A stretch of DNA of 64,000 nt, taken from positions 74,634 through 138,633 of the forward strand of contig JAAXUC010000002.1 in the NCBI GenBank assembly GCA_013336225.1. The letters are read 5' to 3'. A program made the position numbers and the translations under genes. Each line of letters begins with the position of its first letter. Position 1 is the stretch's first letter. The notes beneath the pieces were generated by a model. The model was not told the origin of the DNA. It worked only from the letters and a program-made list of their open reading frames with translations, and did not search any database. Shown here piece by piece: positions 19,853 through 29,422 of the stretch. Origin of the DNA: Candidatus Moraniibacteriota bacterium (lineage in GTDB: Bacteria; Patescibacteriota; Minisyncoccia; Moranbacterales; GWC2-37-73).

Positions 19853-21556
19853 ATGAAATATTTGGCTTTCACAAATCAAGATATTGAAAAAATTCTTGGT
19901 GAGTCTGGCGTGGTTGATGAGGCAAAGGTTGCCAAAGCAGTGGCTAGTGCCAAGCTGGAAAATAGCTCACTTGCAGATGTCGCTGTCAATCAGGGGCTTG
20001 TTACTAATGAAGAATTGTCCAGATTGGTGGCGGATGCACTGGATATGCCATTTATGTCACTTGCTGGAAAACTTCCAACCAAAGAGACTTTGGCACTTAT
20101 TCCTGAATTAGTGGCCCGCAAGAAGCGCGTGGTGCCTTTTAGGTTGGATGAAAAGGGATTACATGTTGCAATGGCGGATCCCACTGATCTTGAAACACTC
20201 AATTTCATTGCTCGCAGGGAGGGCATGCATGCCATTGCCTATGCCACCACTGATCAAGATATTGATACTGTCCTGGAGCTGTATGGCGAAGGGTTGAACA
20301 ATTTGTTGGAAATAAAATCTGAAAAGTCTGGAAAAGTTGCTGGCAGCGAGGATGATTCTTCCATTATTCAGATTGTGAAAAAAGTTATTGTGGAGGCGTA
20401 TCGCAATCGCGCCTCTGATATTCATATTGAACCGCGCGAAGAAAGCGACAGTGTGATCAGATTTCGTATTGATGGAATTTTGCATGACGTCACCTTGATT
20501 CCAATGGAATTGCATGCCCAAATCATTTCGCGCATCAAAGTGATGGCAAAGTTGCGAACTGATGAACATCAAACTCCACAGGATGGAAAAATTTCTTTCA
20601 AGCTGGAGGATGACAATTCTGAAATGGATTTGCGTGTTTCAATCGTGCCGGTGACAGAAGGAGAAAAAGCAGTGCTGCGTCTTTTGGCTGAACGTTCTCG
20701 TCAATTTTCATTGGCTGGCATTGGCCTTAGTGAAAATAATCTGAAAAAAATTCAAGAGGCTTATGAAAAACCATATGGCATGGTTTTGTCGACTGGACCG
20801 ACTGGTTGTGGAAAAACCACAACATTGTATGCCATTTTGAAACTTTTGAATAAACGGCACGTGAACATCATGACCATTGAAGATCCGGTGGAATATGACA
20901 TTGATGGAGTGAGCCAAATTCAAGTCAATCCCAAAGCAAAGCTTACTTTTGCCTCAGGTTTGCGCAGCATTTTGCGTCAAGATCCGAACATCATTTTGGT
21001 GGGAGAAATTCGTGATCAAGAAACGGCTGGCATTGCAATCAATTTGGCGCTTACGGGACATCTGGTTTTATCAACCTTGCATACTAATGACAGCGCCACG
21101 GCCATTCCACGTTTCATTGATTTGGAAGTGGAACCATTTCTGATTGCTTCGACTGTCAGTGTCATCATCGCGCAACGTTTGGTGCGTAAAATCCATGATG
21201 GCTGCAAAGTGAGCGAGGAATTTAAAGCGGCTGACATCGCCAAGAAAATTGGTTGGGAGCTTACTGAAAAAATGTTTGGTGTCAAAAAATCCAATCCGGA
21301 TGGTACTGTGCGACTGTATCAAGGCAAAGGTTGTGAAGCTTGTCAGGGAACAGGTTTTCAGGGCAGAATCGGAATTTTTGAAGTGATGGTCATGGATGAT
21401 CAAATGCGACAAGCAATTTCTCAAAACAAAGATGCGGGCTTTTTGGAGGAGTTGGCGAAAAAGTCAGGCATGATTGGTCTCTTGGAAGATGGCTTGGGAA
21501 AAGTTAACATGGGAATTACAACTATTGATGAGATTTTGGGTGCCACGAAATTATAG
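19853..21556 (+). CDS. pilB: PilB/GspE-type pilus assembly ATPase (locus 1)
   Basis: ASDIHIEP, GPTGCGKTT, IEDPVEY, LRQDPN, GEIRD, STLHTN. Confidence 0.9.
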   Translation: MKYLAFTNQDIEKILGESGVVDEAKVAKAVASAKLENSSLADVAVNQGLVTNEELSRLVADALDMPFMSLAGKLPTKETLALIPELVARKKRVVPFRLDEKGLHVAMADPTDLETLNFIARREGMHAIAYATTDQDIDTVLELYGEGLNNLLEIKSEKSGKVAGSEDDSSIIQIVKKVIVEAYRNRASDIHIEPREESDSVIRFRIDGILHDVTLIPMELHAQIISRIKVMAKLRTDEHQTPQDGKISFKLEDDNSEMDLRVSIVPVTEGEKAVLRLLAERSRQFSLAGIGLSENNLKKIQEAYEKPYGMVLSTGPTGCGKTTTLYAILKLLNKRHVNIMTIEDPVEYDIDGVSQIQVNPKAKLTFASGLRSILRQDPNIILVGEIRDQETAGIAINLALTGHLVLSTLHTNDSATAIPRFIDLEVEPFLIASTVSVIIAQRLVRKIHDGCKVSEEFKAADIAKKIGWELTEKMFGVKKSNPDGTVRLYQGKGCEACQGTGFQGRIGIFEVMVMDDQMRQAISQNKDAGFLEELAKKSGMIGLLEDGLGKVNMGITTIDEILGATKL

Positions 21557-21593
21557 ATATATATAAAAAACAAGAGCTATGCTAGATTAGGTG

Positions 21594-21730
21594 CTTTTGA
21601 TTTCTTATTTCCTTTTTTAGGAACATTTTTGACTGAAATTCATAGTCAAAAAACTTACTCGCTCTCGCTGCGTAGGTCCTAAAAAGAAAATAAGCAAATC
21701 AAAAGGTGAGTTAATTTTTGAAATCATATA
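21594..21730 (+). repeat. Repeat family A, copy A1
   Basis: Outer IR, TTTTTGACT/AGTCAAAAA inner hairpin, CTCGCTCTCGCT, TTAATTTTTGAAA tail. Confidence 0.9.
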
Positions 21731-21754
21731 TTGCCCATAATCAAAAAAATAAAT

Positions 21755-22816
21755 ATGAAAATATTCTCAGGACTCTCATACTTAGAAAAACTTTTTTTCA
21801 TCAAGCATCTTTCGATGTTTTTGAAATCAGGCATTCCGCTGGATGAAGCACTTGAAACATTGGCTGAAGGTGAGCAGAAAAGTTCTATTAGCAAAGTCGC
21901 GTTGTCAGTCAGGGCTCAGATTCAAAATGGGCAGCCACTGCATAAGGCTTTTGCCAAGGAATCCAGTTCATTTGATCTATTTTTCATTTCCATGGTGGAA
22001 ATTGGAGAAGTGTCTGGCACGCTGGAAAAAAGTTTGGATTTTTTGGTGGCCAAAATCACCAGAGAGGCGACGCTGCGAAAAAAAATTCAAGCCATGCTAT
22101 ATTATCCAGCTGTGGTGGTTGGCGCTGCAATCGTGATTGGAGGTTTTGTGAGTTTTTTCGTGTTGCCAAAATTGGGGGACATGTTCAAATCGTTTGATGT
22201 GCAATTGCCTCTTATAACCAGGATATTATTGGCTTTTGCTAATTGGGTGAAAGATTATGGTGCAATTGCGATGATATCTTTCATTGCGTTGCTGATTGTT
22301 TTTCGTGTGCTTATCGCTGCTTGGACGCGTCTGCGATTTTTTTGGCATAAAATCAAATTCAACCTGCCCATTACAGGCAAAGTCATCTTGGGCTCAGAGC
22401 TTTCGGCATTTTTTCGAAACATTGGAATCATGCTTTCCAGTGGACTTTCTTTGGAATATGCACTTGCCACTGAATCTAAAATTTCAGACAACCTTGTCAT
22501 GAAAAAAGTGGCAGCTGATTTGCACATGGCGGTGACTCAGGGGCGGCGCATGGGGGAAGAGTTGAAAAGTGAAAACAACACGATTTTCCCTCAGCTTTGC
22601 GCAAGAATGATTACGGTGGGTGAGATGTCTGGAAAACTGGAAGAATCATGCATGTATTTGGCTGATTATTTTGAAGATGAAACTGAGGTGCAAGCAAAAA
22701 ACATGGCTGCAATTTTGGAGCCAGCCTTGCTTTTAGGCATCGGAGCGATCGTGGCTTTCATCGCAATGGCTGTTATTTTGCCTATCTATTCTTTGACTGG
22801 TTCCATTCGTCGCTAA
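21755..22816 (+). CDS. pilC: PilC/GspF platform protein (locus 1), short N-terminus
   Basis: L..FLKSGIPL..AL, GE.SG.L twice, LEP.L, three TM. Confidence 0.9.
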   Translation: MKIFSGLSYLEKLFFIKHLSMFLKSGIPLDEALETLAEGEQKSSISKVALSVRAQIQNGQPLHKAFAKESSSFDLFFISMVEIGEVSGTLEKSLDFLVAKITREATLRKKIQAMLYYPAVVVGAAIVIGGFVSFFVLPKLGDMFKSFDVQLPLITRILLAFANWVKDYGAIAMISFIALLIVFRVLIAAWTRLRFFWHKIKFNLPITGKVILGSELSAFFRNIGIMLSSGLSLEYALATESKISDNLVMKKVAADLHMAVTQGRRMGEELKSENNTIFPQLCARMITVGEMSGKLEESCMYLADYFEDETEVQAKNMAAILEPALLLGIGAIVAFIAMAVILPIYSLTGSIRR

Positions 22817-22834
22817 GATGTTGAAAAAAGTTAA

Positions 22835-23290
22835 ATGTCAAAAGTTAAATGTCAAATATTGCATAAGCAGGGATTTACTTTAATCGAATTACTTTTGGTG
22901 ATTGCGCTTGTTTTGATCGTGAGTGTTCCAACCGCTGCTTTTTCCACGCATTTCATTTATCAAATGTCTGTGCGCGATGCCTCTGAAGGTTTGGTTGGAA
23001 TGCTGCAAGAAGCGCAAGCACTTTCAATGCTGGGCAAAGAGAATTCAGCTTGGGGCGTGAAAAAGCAATCAGGAAAATTGATTCTTTTTCGGGGAGAAGA
23101 TTTTTCAAATCGCGATCAAGCATTTGATCAAGCGTTGAGCATAAATTCGCATGTGAATATGATAGGTTTTGATGAAATGAGTTTCTCGCGCTATGGAGGA
23201 TTTCCTTTGCAGCCAACTGGCTCAATTGTTGTGGCTTGGGGGAATGTGAACGAAATATTTAAATTAAATTCGGAAGGAGTTTTTGAATAA
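22835..23290 (+). CDS. Minor pilin (GspH/FimT-like)
   Basis: KQG/FTLIELLLVI. Confidence 0.85.
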   Translation: MSKVKCQILHKQGFTLIELLLVIALVLIVSVPTAAFSTHFIYQMSVRDASEGLVGMLQEAQALSMLGKENSAWGVKKQSGKLILFRGEDFSNRDQAFDQALSINSHVNMIGFDEMSFSRYGGFPLQPTGSIVVAWGNVNEIFKLNSEGVFE

Positions 23291-23298
23291 TTATCAGC

Positions 23299-23769
23299 AT
23301 GAAAAAAGGAATATCACAAAAGCGAGGTTTTTCGGTGCTAGAAGTCATTTTAGCAGTGGCACTTTTTTCCATTTTTTCCACTACTGCTGTTTCCTTTGTG
23401 CTTGAATCGATGCAAGTGCAAGCTCAAGCCAGTCAATTTGAAAATGCCTCACTGTATGCCGAGGATGGCTTGGAAAAAATAAGAGCAGTGCGAGATGTTT
23501 CATTTGATGAATTGGTGGATGGGTCTGAATATGGATTGAACTTCAATGCTGGTAAGTGGGAATTGAAAAATGGCAGTGATGAATCTGAAATATACAAAAG
23601 AATCATCACAATCGAAACAGCCAAAAGAGACGGTGAGCTGAATATTGTTTCGGAAGACGGAGCAGATGATTTGAATATGAAAAAAATAATAGTAGATGTT
23701 TCCTGGAAAAATGCCACGGGCGAAAATGTTTCAACTCAGCTAGTGACTTATCTTTCTCGTTGGAAGTAA
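23299..23769 (+). CDS. Minor pilin (PilV-like)
   Basis: KRG/FSVLEVILAV, K.I.V.VSW. Confidence 0.85.
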   Translation: MKKGISQKRGFSVLEVILAVALFSIFSTTAVSFVLESMQVQAQASQFENASLYAEDGLEKIRAVRDVSFDELVDGSEYGLNFNAGKWELKNGSDESEIYKRIITIETAKRDGELNIVSEDGADDLNMKKIIVDVSWKNATGENVSTQLVTYLSRWK

Positions 23770-23774
23770 AAAAT

Positions 23775-24293
23775 ATGACAAATAAAACAAAAAAGGGCTT
23801 TACCTTCATTGAAACTATATTATATATAGCAATTTCGTCAGTTGTGGTTGGCGTGCTTTTTGCCTATGGTTGGAATATGGTCAGCGCGCGCACTAAAGCT
23901 GCCACCATGCGAGACACTGCTGCAAATGCCAGGCTCATCATGTTGCGCCTCAACAATGAAATTCGCATGGCAACTGATATTGATAAAAATAATTCTGTTT
24001 TTGAGGGCGAAAATGGAAAAATATCGCTGACCACTCCTCAAGGAAAGATCATGATCGAATCAATTGGAGATAGGATTTCCATTGCCAGAGGGGAAAATTC
24101 CCCGCAATTTCTTTCCGGAGAAAATGTGCGCGTGAGAAATTTTCAATTATCCAAACAAGAAAATGACGCTGGGAAAGTTCAATATGTGGGATTTTCTTTC
24201 ACAGTGGAAGCCTATTATCCTGAAGCGCTTAACAGTTATGAATACAATTATTCATTGCCAATTAATTCGGGAGCGGAGGTGAGAAGTCAGTAA
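23775..24293 (+). CDS. Minor pilin (PilW/GspJ-like)
   Basis: KKG/FTFIETILYI, L..EIR.A. Confidence 0.85.
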   Translation: MTNKTKKGFTFIETILYIAISSVVVGVLFAYGWNMVSARTKAATMRDTAANARLIMLRLNNEIRMATDIDKNNSVFEGENGKISLTTPQGKIMIESIGDRISIARGENSPQFLSGENVRVRNFQLSKQENDAGKVQYVGFSFTVEAYYPEALNSYEYNYSLPINSGAEVRSQ

Positions 24294-24341
24294 AATTAAA
24301 TTATGTATGCATATAAAGGATGCATTGTTCCGTCATTAAGT

Positions 24342-24480
24342 ATTTTGCTTTGCTTATTTCCTTTTTTGACACATTTTTGACTGAAAATCATAGTCAAAAA
24401 ACTGATTCGCTCTCGCTGCATAGGGTCTAAAAAGAAAATAAGCAAAGCAAAATGGTGTGGATTAATTTTTGAAAGCGCAT
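24342..24480 (+). repeat. Repeat family A, copy A2
   Basis: Aligns to A1 and A3 with compensatory changes in the outer stem. Confidence 0.9.
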
Positions 24481-24488
24481 GTTGCAAT

Positions 24489-24905
24489 ATGATCATATAT
24501 GAATCAGAAAATAAAAAAGGTTACGTGGTTATTTCAACAGTCTTGATCTTGCTTTTTGTTACCTTGGGAATCGCTGCCACGCTTTCATTTCTTTCAATTG
24601 GAAGCTCAAAAGTTTCGCAGTCTTTTGGCGAAGGGCGGCAAGCGTTGTTTCTTTCTGAATCTTGCCTGGAGGAAGGATTGTTGCGACTCAAAACTGACGT
24701 TGCCTATGCTGGCGGAACAATCAATTTTCCTGAAGAAAAAGTGTGTCATCTCAACATCACGAATGATGGCCAAATATATACGATGCAAGCCTACATGCTA
24801 GGGCAAAAAAAATATGTACGTTCTCTTGAGGTACATGTGAATATTGTTGATGGCATTTTGCAAATAATAAGTTGGGAAGAGAAACCTTTTGTGATAGAAT
24901 ATTAA
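24489..24905 (+). CDS. Minor pilin (PilX-like, no Glu5)
   Basis: KKG/YVVISTVLIL, A.FLSESCLEEGL.RL. Confidence 0.75.
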   Translation: MIIYESENKKGYVVISTVLILLFVTLGIAATLSFLSIGSSKVSQSFGEGRQALFLSESCLEEGLLRLKTDVAYAGGTINFPEEKVCHLNITNDGQIYTMQAYMLGQKKYVRSLEVHVNIVDGILQIISWEEKPFVIEY

Positions 24906-24906
24906 T

Positions 24907-26268
24907 ATGTTTTTTCGCCATCACATCACTACCATCTTTGTAACTCGCGGCAAGATCACTTCCGCTGTTTTTTCGACTGGTGGAAAAAACATCAAAGCAG
25001 CGGCTGTGTATGATTGGAACGAGGAAAATCTCGCCCTTGTTCTTGCTGACATTGCAGCGCATGGTCCAAATGTGGTCAGGGTTGTTTTTGGAGAAGAATT
25101 CTCCTATGTTACCACACTTGATTCTTCCAAGGGTGATAGAGGAAGCATTTTGGAAAAGGCGCGCGAAGCGATTCCTGAGGAGCTGGGGGATAATTGGGAT
25201 TTTCGCAAAGAAAAGGATCAGCTCTTTTCCTCACAAGTGATTGCCGTTCAAGCTCAGCTGCTGAACATGTTTATTGAAAAATTGAAAGAAGCCGGCTTGC
25301 GCGTGGAAGCCATGGAGCCTCAATCAGTGGCAATTGCTCGCTTGCTTCCAAAAACTGGCTTGTTTCTTTTTGCCGTGAATGACGAGAAGTTTTTGATGGG
25401 GGCAGTGAGAAATGGCACAGTCATTGGAACTTTTGTGGCTGCAAAAAGCGATGACGCTTCAATGTTGGCGGGCTTTGTTGCTTCAGTGCGAAAAAAATGC
25501 AAAGAAGAACTTAGCACAGTCTTGATCGATAAATATATGCAAGTTGGGGACGATGTTTTTTTGGCCAATGGCTTGCAGCCTGAAATCATGGAGCTTGACC
25601 CCCTGTATTCAATTGCAGTAAAGAAACATCTTGTTGGTAGTGATTCACATGTCTTGAATATTTTGCCAGTTGATAAGAAAATTCTCAAGAAGCAGGCAAC
25701 AGAAAAATATTTATCAAAAATTGAAAACACTGCAACAGTGCAAGCTCCTGCTCGCTTTTCATTGCGCGAAAAAATATTGGCAATCTTTTTTGTTATAGGT
25801 CTTGTCGCAAGCGGATTCGTGTTGCTTAAAAAAATGCCACCCAAGAAACAAAGCATCTCATTGATTGCAACAGAAAAAAAGCAAGAAGTTGCCATGCAAA
25901 ATGATGTTATTCAAAATCCTTCAGCAACTGTGGAACAGCAAGCTTCTGCCGAAAAGGTTGTGCAAGATGTCGTTTCAACAAAAAGGCCTCAAGATTTGCA
26001 AATTTTGATTCTAAACGGCGGCGCAGCTGTTGGTAGCGCAGCAAAAGTTAAGGATATTTTGGTAGCCAAGAAGTATGTGAATATTGACGCTCAAAATGCG
26101 GAAAATAAGGATAATGTTGGAGTTGTCCTGTATTATCAAGCACAAAATGTGGAAAATATGGCTCAAATAAAAGCAGATTTACAAAAAACATATCCTAAAA
26201 TAGTAGCCAAGGAGGCGTCCTCAGCTGAGGAAAAATCTTCGGAAATCGTCATTATATTGGGGAAATAG
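24907..26268 (+). CDS. PilM/GspL-like domain + TM + LytR_C fusion
   Basis: AGLRVEAMEPQSVAIAR resembles PilM AGLDPVSLEIESIAQAR (41943); single TM; ILILNGG...GSAA...NA...IVIILGK. Confidence 0.7.
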   Translation: MFFRHHITTIFVTRGKITSAVFSTGGKNIKAAAVYDWNEENLALVLADIAAHGPNVVRVVFGEEFSYVTTLDSSKGDRGSILEKAREAIPEELGDNWDFRKEKDQLFSSQVIAVQAQLLNMFIEKLKEAGLRVEAMEPQSVAIARLLPKTGLFLFAVNDEKFLMGAVRNGTVIGTFVAAKSDDASMLAGFVASVRKKCKEELSTVLIDKYMQVGDDVFLANGLQPEIMELDPLYSIAVKKHLVGSDSHVLNILPVDKKILKKQATEKYLSKIENTATVQAPARFSLREKILAIFFVIGLVASGFVLLKKMPPKKQSISLIATEKKQEVAMQNDVIQNPSATVEQQASAEKVVQDVVSTKRPQDLQILILNGGAAVGSAAKVKDILVAKKYVNIDAQNAENKDNVGVVLYYQAQNVENMAQIKADLQKTYPKIVAKEASSAEEKSSEIVIILGK

Positions 26269-26381
26269 GGCTTCAAAGATAGTGGCCGGAATCTTTTTTG
26301 TGCCATTTGCAGGCACAATATGGCTCAATATTGACTATAACAGCAAAATCGTTTAAGATAGGTATTAGTTGAGAAATTCCA

Positions 26382-26453
26382 CGGGGCGTGGTGTCAACGG
26401 TAGCACGAGTGATTTGGGATCATTTAGACAGGGTTCGAATCCCTGCGCCCCGA
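26382..26453 (+). tRNA. tRNA-Pro(TGG), CCA not encoded
   Basis: Cloverleaf: CGGGGCG/CGCCCCG acceptor, A73, anticodon loop TTTGGGA, CAGGG-TTCGAAT-CCCTG T-arm. Confidence 0.93.
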
Positions 26454-26454
26454 C

Positions 26455-26508
26455 ATAAAACAAAAACAGAGAGGACTTTTTGAGTCCTCTCTGTTTTTGT
26501 TTTATTTT
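26455..26508 (+). terminator. Long hairpin after tRNA
   Basis: ATAAAACAAAAACAGAGAGGACT/AGTCCTCTCTGTTTTTGTTTTAT. Confidence 0.8.
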
Positions 26509-26515
26509 GGATTGC

Positions 26516-26800
26516 CAGGGATTCGAACCGGTGGCAGTGAGCTAGAGAATTTTCAGCAGAAAATTGTCGCAGCGAACGCCGGTAAATGTGAGGAATACGA
26601 ACATTTAGCGCCACCGCGGACAAGGAGATTGTGAGCGACGGCGAACAAGCGACGCGGAAATCCCTGCTTCTCTGCGTACTCGCGAGAAAGTTCGGGGGAA
26701 GAGGAATCCCTCTCCTTATGGCATTTAGGAAGTACGAACATTCAGCTCTGCCGCGGACAACTAGCAATCAGCAAATTGCGAGGCGTAAATCTCTGCACCC
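26516..26800. repeat. tRNA-anchored degenerate cassette(s)
   Basis: Inverted T-arm copy 26516-26529, internal direct repeat 26591-26623/26727-26760, tRNA 3'-like ends at 26659 and 26788. Confidence 0.6.
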
Positions 26801-26858
26801 ATTTGTATAAAAACCCTTTTCGTGCTTAGATTAAAGCATAATTGTAAGATAATCAGAT

Positions 26859-27503
26859 ATGAGTTATCACGGAAAAATTGACAATAGAAAGAAGATTGCC
26901 TTGATTGTGGCGCGCGAGCTGCGAGCGCTTTTTCCGGATGCTAAAATTGCTCTTAATTTCAGCAATTCCTGGGAACTTTTAGTGGCGGTGATTTTGTCTG
27001 CGCAGTGCACTGATAAGAAAGTGAACGAAGTGACGGCCAAGCTTTTTCAAAAATATCCAATATTGGATGACTATGTGGCTGCCAACCAACTGGAATTTCA
27101 GCAAGATGTTTTTCAAACAGGTTTTTATCATAATAAAGCTAAGAACATTTTGGCTAGCGCCAAGATTGTTAAAGAGAAATATCAAGGTAAAGTTCCTTGT
27201 ACAATGCAGCAGCTCCTTGAACTGCCTGGCGTCGCCCGCAAGACCGCCAATGTGGTTTTGGGCAGTGCATGCGGCGTGCATGTGGGAATCGCGGTGGACA
27301 CGCATGTGCGAAGACTTTCCAATCTTTTGGGACTTAGTCCTGAAAAAAATCCTGATAAGATTGAAAGAGATTTGATGCAAATTTTTCCCAAACAGGAATG
27401 GCCAAAACTTTCCTACCGCTTGATTGAATATGGCCGCAAATATTGCAGTGCTAAAAAACATGATCACGAAAATTGTCCACTGACAAAAATTTTAAACAGC
27501 TAA
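26859..27503 (+). CDS. nth: Endonuclease III
   Basis: ELLVAVILSAQCTD, LPGVARKTANVV (HhH Lys), AVDTHV. Confidence 0.95.
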   Translation: MSYHGKIDNRKKIALIVARELRALFPDAKIALNFSNSWELLVAVILSAQCTDKKVNEVTAKLFQKYPILDDYVAANQLEFQQDVFQTGFYHNKAKNILASAKIVKEKYQGKVPCTMQQLLELPGVARKTANVVLGSACGVHVGIAVDTHVRRLSNLLGLSPEKNPDKIERDLMQIFPKQEWPKLSYRLIEYGRKYCSAKKHDHENCPLTKILNS

Positions 27504-27522
27504 ATTTTAGAAATTTAAAAAT

Positions 27523-28659
27523 ATGTTAAGTTATATTGAAATTTCAAAAGAAAATTTGCTACATAATTTTGCGATGATGAAATCATTGGTTGGGTCTGGA
27601 GTGAAAGTCATTTCCGTGATAAAAGCCAATGCTTATGGGCATGGTCAAAATGAGGTGGCTAAAATTTTGGAAGAAGTCACTGACTATTTTCAAGTTGATG
27701 ATCTGCAGGAACTTAAACTGCTGCGAGAGGTTTCGCAAAAACCTGTTTTAGTGCTGGGCTATATTGCCACAGATGAAATGAAAGAAGCGCTGAAGTTGGA
27801 TGGAATCCTGGGTGTCTATGACGAAGGTCAGATTCTGGCTTTAAACGAAATTGCCAAAGAGTTTGGAAAAAAAGTTTTGGTGCATGTGAAAATTGACGCC
27901 TATCTTGGGCGCCAGGGCGTGCTGCCTGAAAATGTCGAGGAAATTTCAAGGGTGCTTAAAAAATGTGAAAATCTGGTGGTGGATGGAATTTATTCACATT
28001 TTGCAAACATTGAAGACACTAGTGATTTTTCGCATGCTCAAAAACAAATTGATGCTTTTGCCAGAGCCGTGGAAGTTTTCAAAGAAAATGGTTTTGCAGA
28101 TTTGAAAACGCACATGTCGGCAAGCTCAGGAATCATGGTGTGGGAAAACGGACAAGGCAATTCTCACTTAGTGAGGCCAGGTATTAGTTTGTATGGCATG
28201 TGGCCATCTAATGAATTGAAAAATAAGCTTGATCCGCCAGCTGGCGGAAAAAACTTCAAGCTAAAACCGGTTGCGCGTTGGATTTCACATGTAGCACAGG
28301 TCAAAACCGTGCCAATTGGCTATTCGATCGGCTATGGACTTACGCACATTACAAAAAAAATAACCAAAATAGCTGTGATTCCTCAGGGATATAGTGACGG
28401 CTTTGATCGCGGACTTTCCAATTGTGGAGAGGTACTGGTCGGCGAAACAAGATGTCCAATCTTGGGGCGTGTGGCTATGAATATGTTCGTGGTGGATGTT
28501 TCACATTTAGAGGGAGTGATTGCTGGAGACGAAGTGGTTTTGTTGGGCAAGCAAGGAGAGCAAGAAATCATGGCTGAGGAAATTGCAGAAAAAATTGATA
28601 CGATTAATTATGAGATAACCACTCGAATTTCTCCATTGCTGAAAAGAATTGTTGTGTAG
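27523..28659 (+). CDS. alr: Alanine racemase
   Basis: VIKANAYGHG, YSHFA, VRPGISLYG, IGYG, GYSDG, GRVAM. Confidence 0.97.
   Translation: MLSYIEISKENLLHNFAMMKSLVGSGVKVISVIKANAYGHGQNEVAKILEEVTDYFQVDDLQELKLLREVSQKPVLVLGYIATDEMKEALKLDGILGVYDEGQILALNEIAKEFGKKVLVHVKIDAYLGRQGVLPENVEEISRVLKKCENLVVDGIYSHFANIEDTSDFSHAQKQIDAFARAVEVFKENGFADLKTHMSASSGIMVWENGQGNSHLVRPGISLYGMWPSNELKNKLDPPAGGKNFKLKPVARWISHVAQVKTVPIGYSIGYGLTHITKKITKIAVIPQGYSDGFDRGLSNCGEVLVGETRCPILGRVAMNMFVVDVSHLEGVIAGDEVVLLGKQGEQEIMAEEIAEKIDTINYEITTRISPLLKRIVV
28233..28248. repeat. 16-bp perfect palindrome inside alr (encodes PPAGG)
   Basis: TCCGCCAGCTGGCGGA. Confidence 0.95.
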
Positions 28660-28810
28660 GCATTGACGCTTAACTTTCTCTCAAATGCGTGCTATGCTTT
28701 GATGGTTGTAAAGTGGAAAAAAGATAAAAATTAAGCAGAGGTATGCACCTGAATTGAAAGGGTATTTGGATTGGTCGCGTATGAATTCATGTATACAGCT
28801 GGCGGGTTAA

Positions 28811-29422
28811 ATGAAAAGTGAAAATTTGAAAGAATTTAATAGTGCTGAGGATGTCGCAGAAATGTCAGATGAAGAGCTTGTTTTGTTGACCCTTGAAAAT
28901 CCCAATGCTTACGGTTTTTTGATTGAGCGTTATGAGGAGAAACTGACGAGATATATTCTGCGAATTTCTGGTGGTTCAAAAGAAGATGTGGAAGACACGT
29001 TGCAAGATGTTTTCATTAGTGCCTATAAGAACATCAATTCTTTTGATCAAGATCTCAAATTTTCATCTTGGATTTATCGAATTGCACATAATAAAGTCAT
29101 CAGTCATTTCCGAAAAATAACTGCCAGGCCAAAGACAGTGACCTATGAAGGAGACAATCAGTTGCTCAACATTCTGGCAAGCAGTGAAGATTTGGCCAAA
29201 GAACTGGAGCGGAAATATACTGGCGAAGAAGTGAGGTCACTTTTGGAGCAAATGGATGAACGCTACAAGGAGGTTTTGGTGCTCAAATTCTTGGAAGAAA
29301 AAGATTACAAGGAAATTTCAGATATTTTGGAGAAACCGATGGGAACAGTGGCAACCTTGATAAATAGGGCTAAGAAACAATTTAAAGAAAAAGCAATTAA
29401 GCGAGATTTAAAAAAAGTATGA
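28811..29422 (+). CDS. ECF RNA polymerase sigma factor
   Basis: ED.LQDVF...Y, FSSWIYRIAHN, Y.EIS.IL..P.GTV...I.RA. Confidence 0.95.
   Translation: MKSENLKEFNSAEDVAEMSDEELVLLTLENPNAYGFLIERYEEKLTRYILRISGGSKEDVEDTLQDVFISAYKNINSFDQDLKFSSWIYRIAHNKVISHFRKITARPKTVTYEGDNQLLNILASSEDLAKELERKYTGEEVRSLLEQMDERYKEVLVLKFLEEKDYKEISDILEKPMGTVATLINRAKKQFKEKAIKRDLKKV

Noticed and set aside
26420-26767. Minus-strand ORFs over the tRNA flank
   Set aside because: They overlap the tRNA and repeat structure and show no protein-like features
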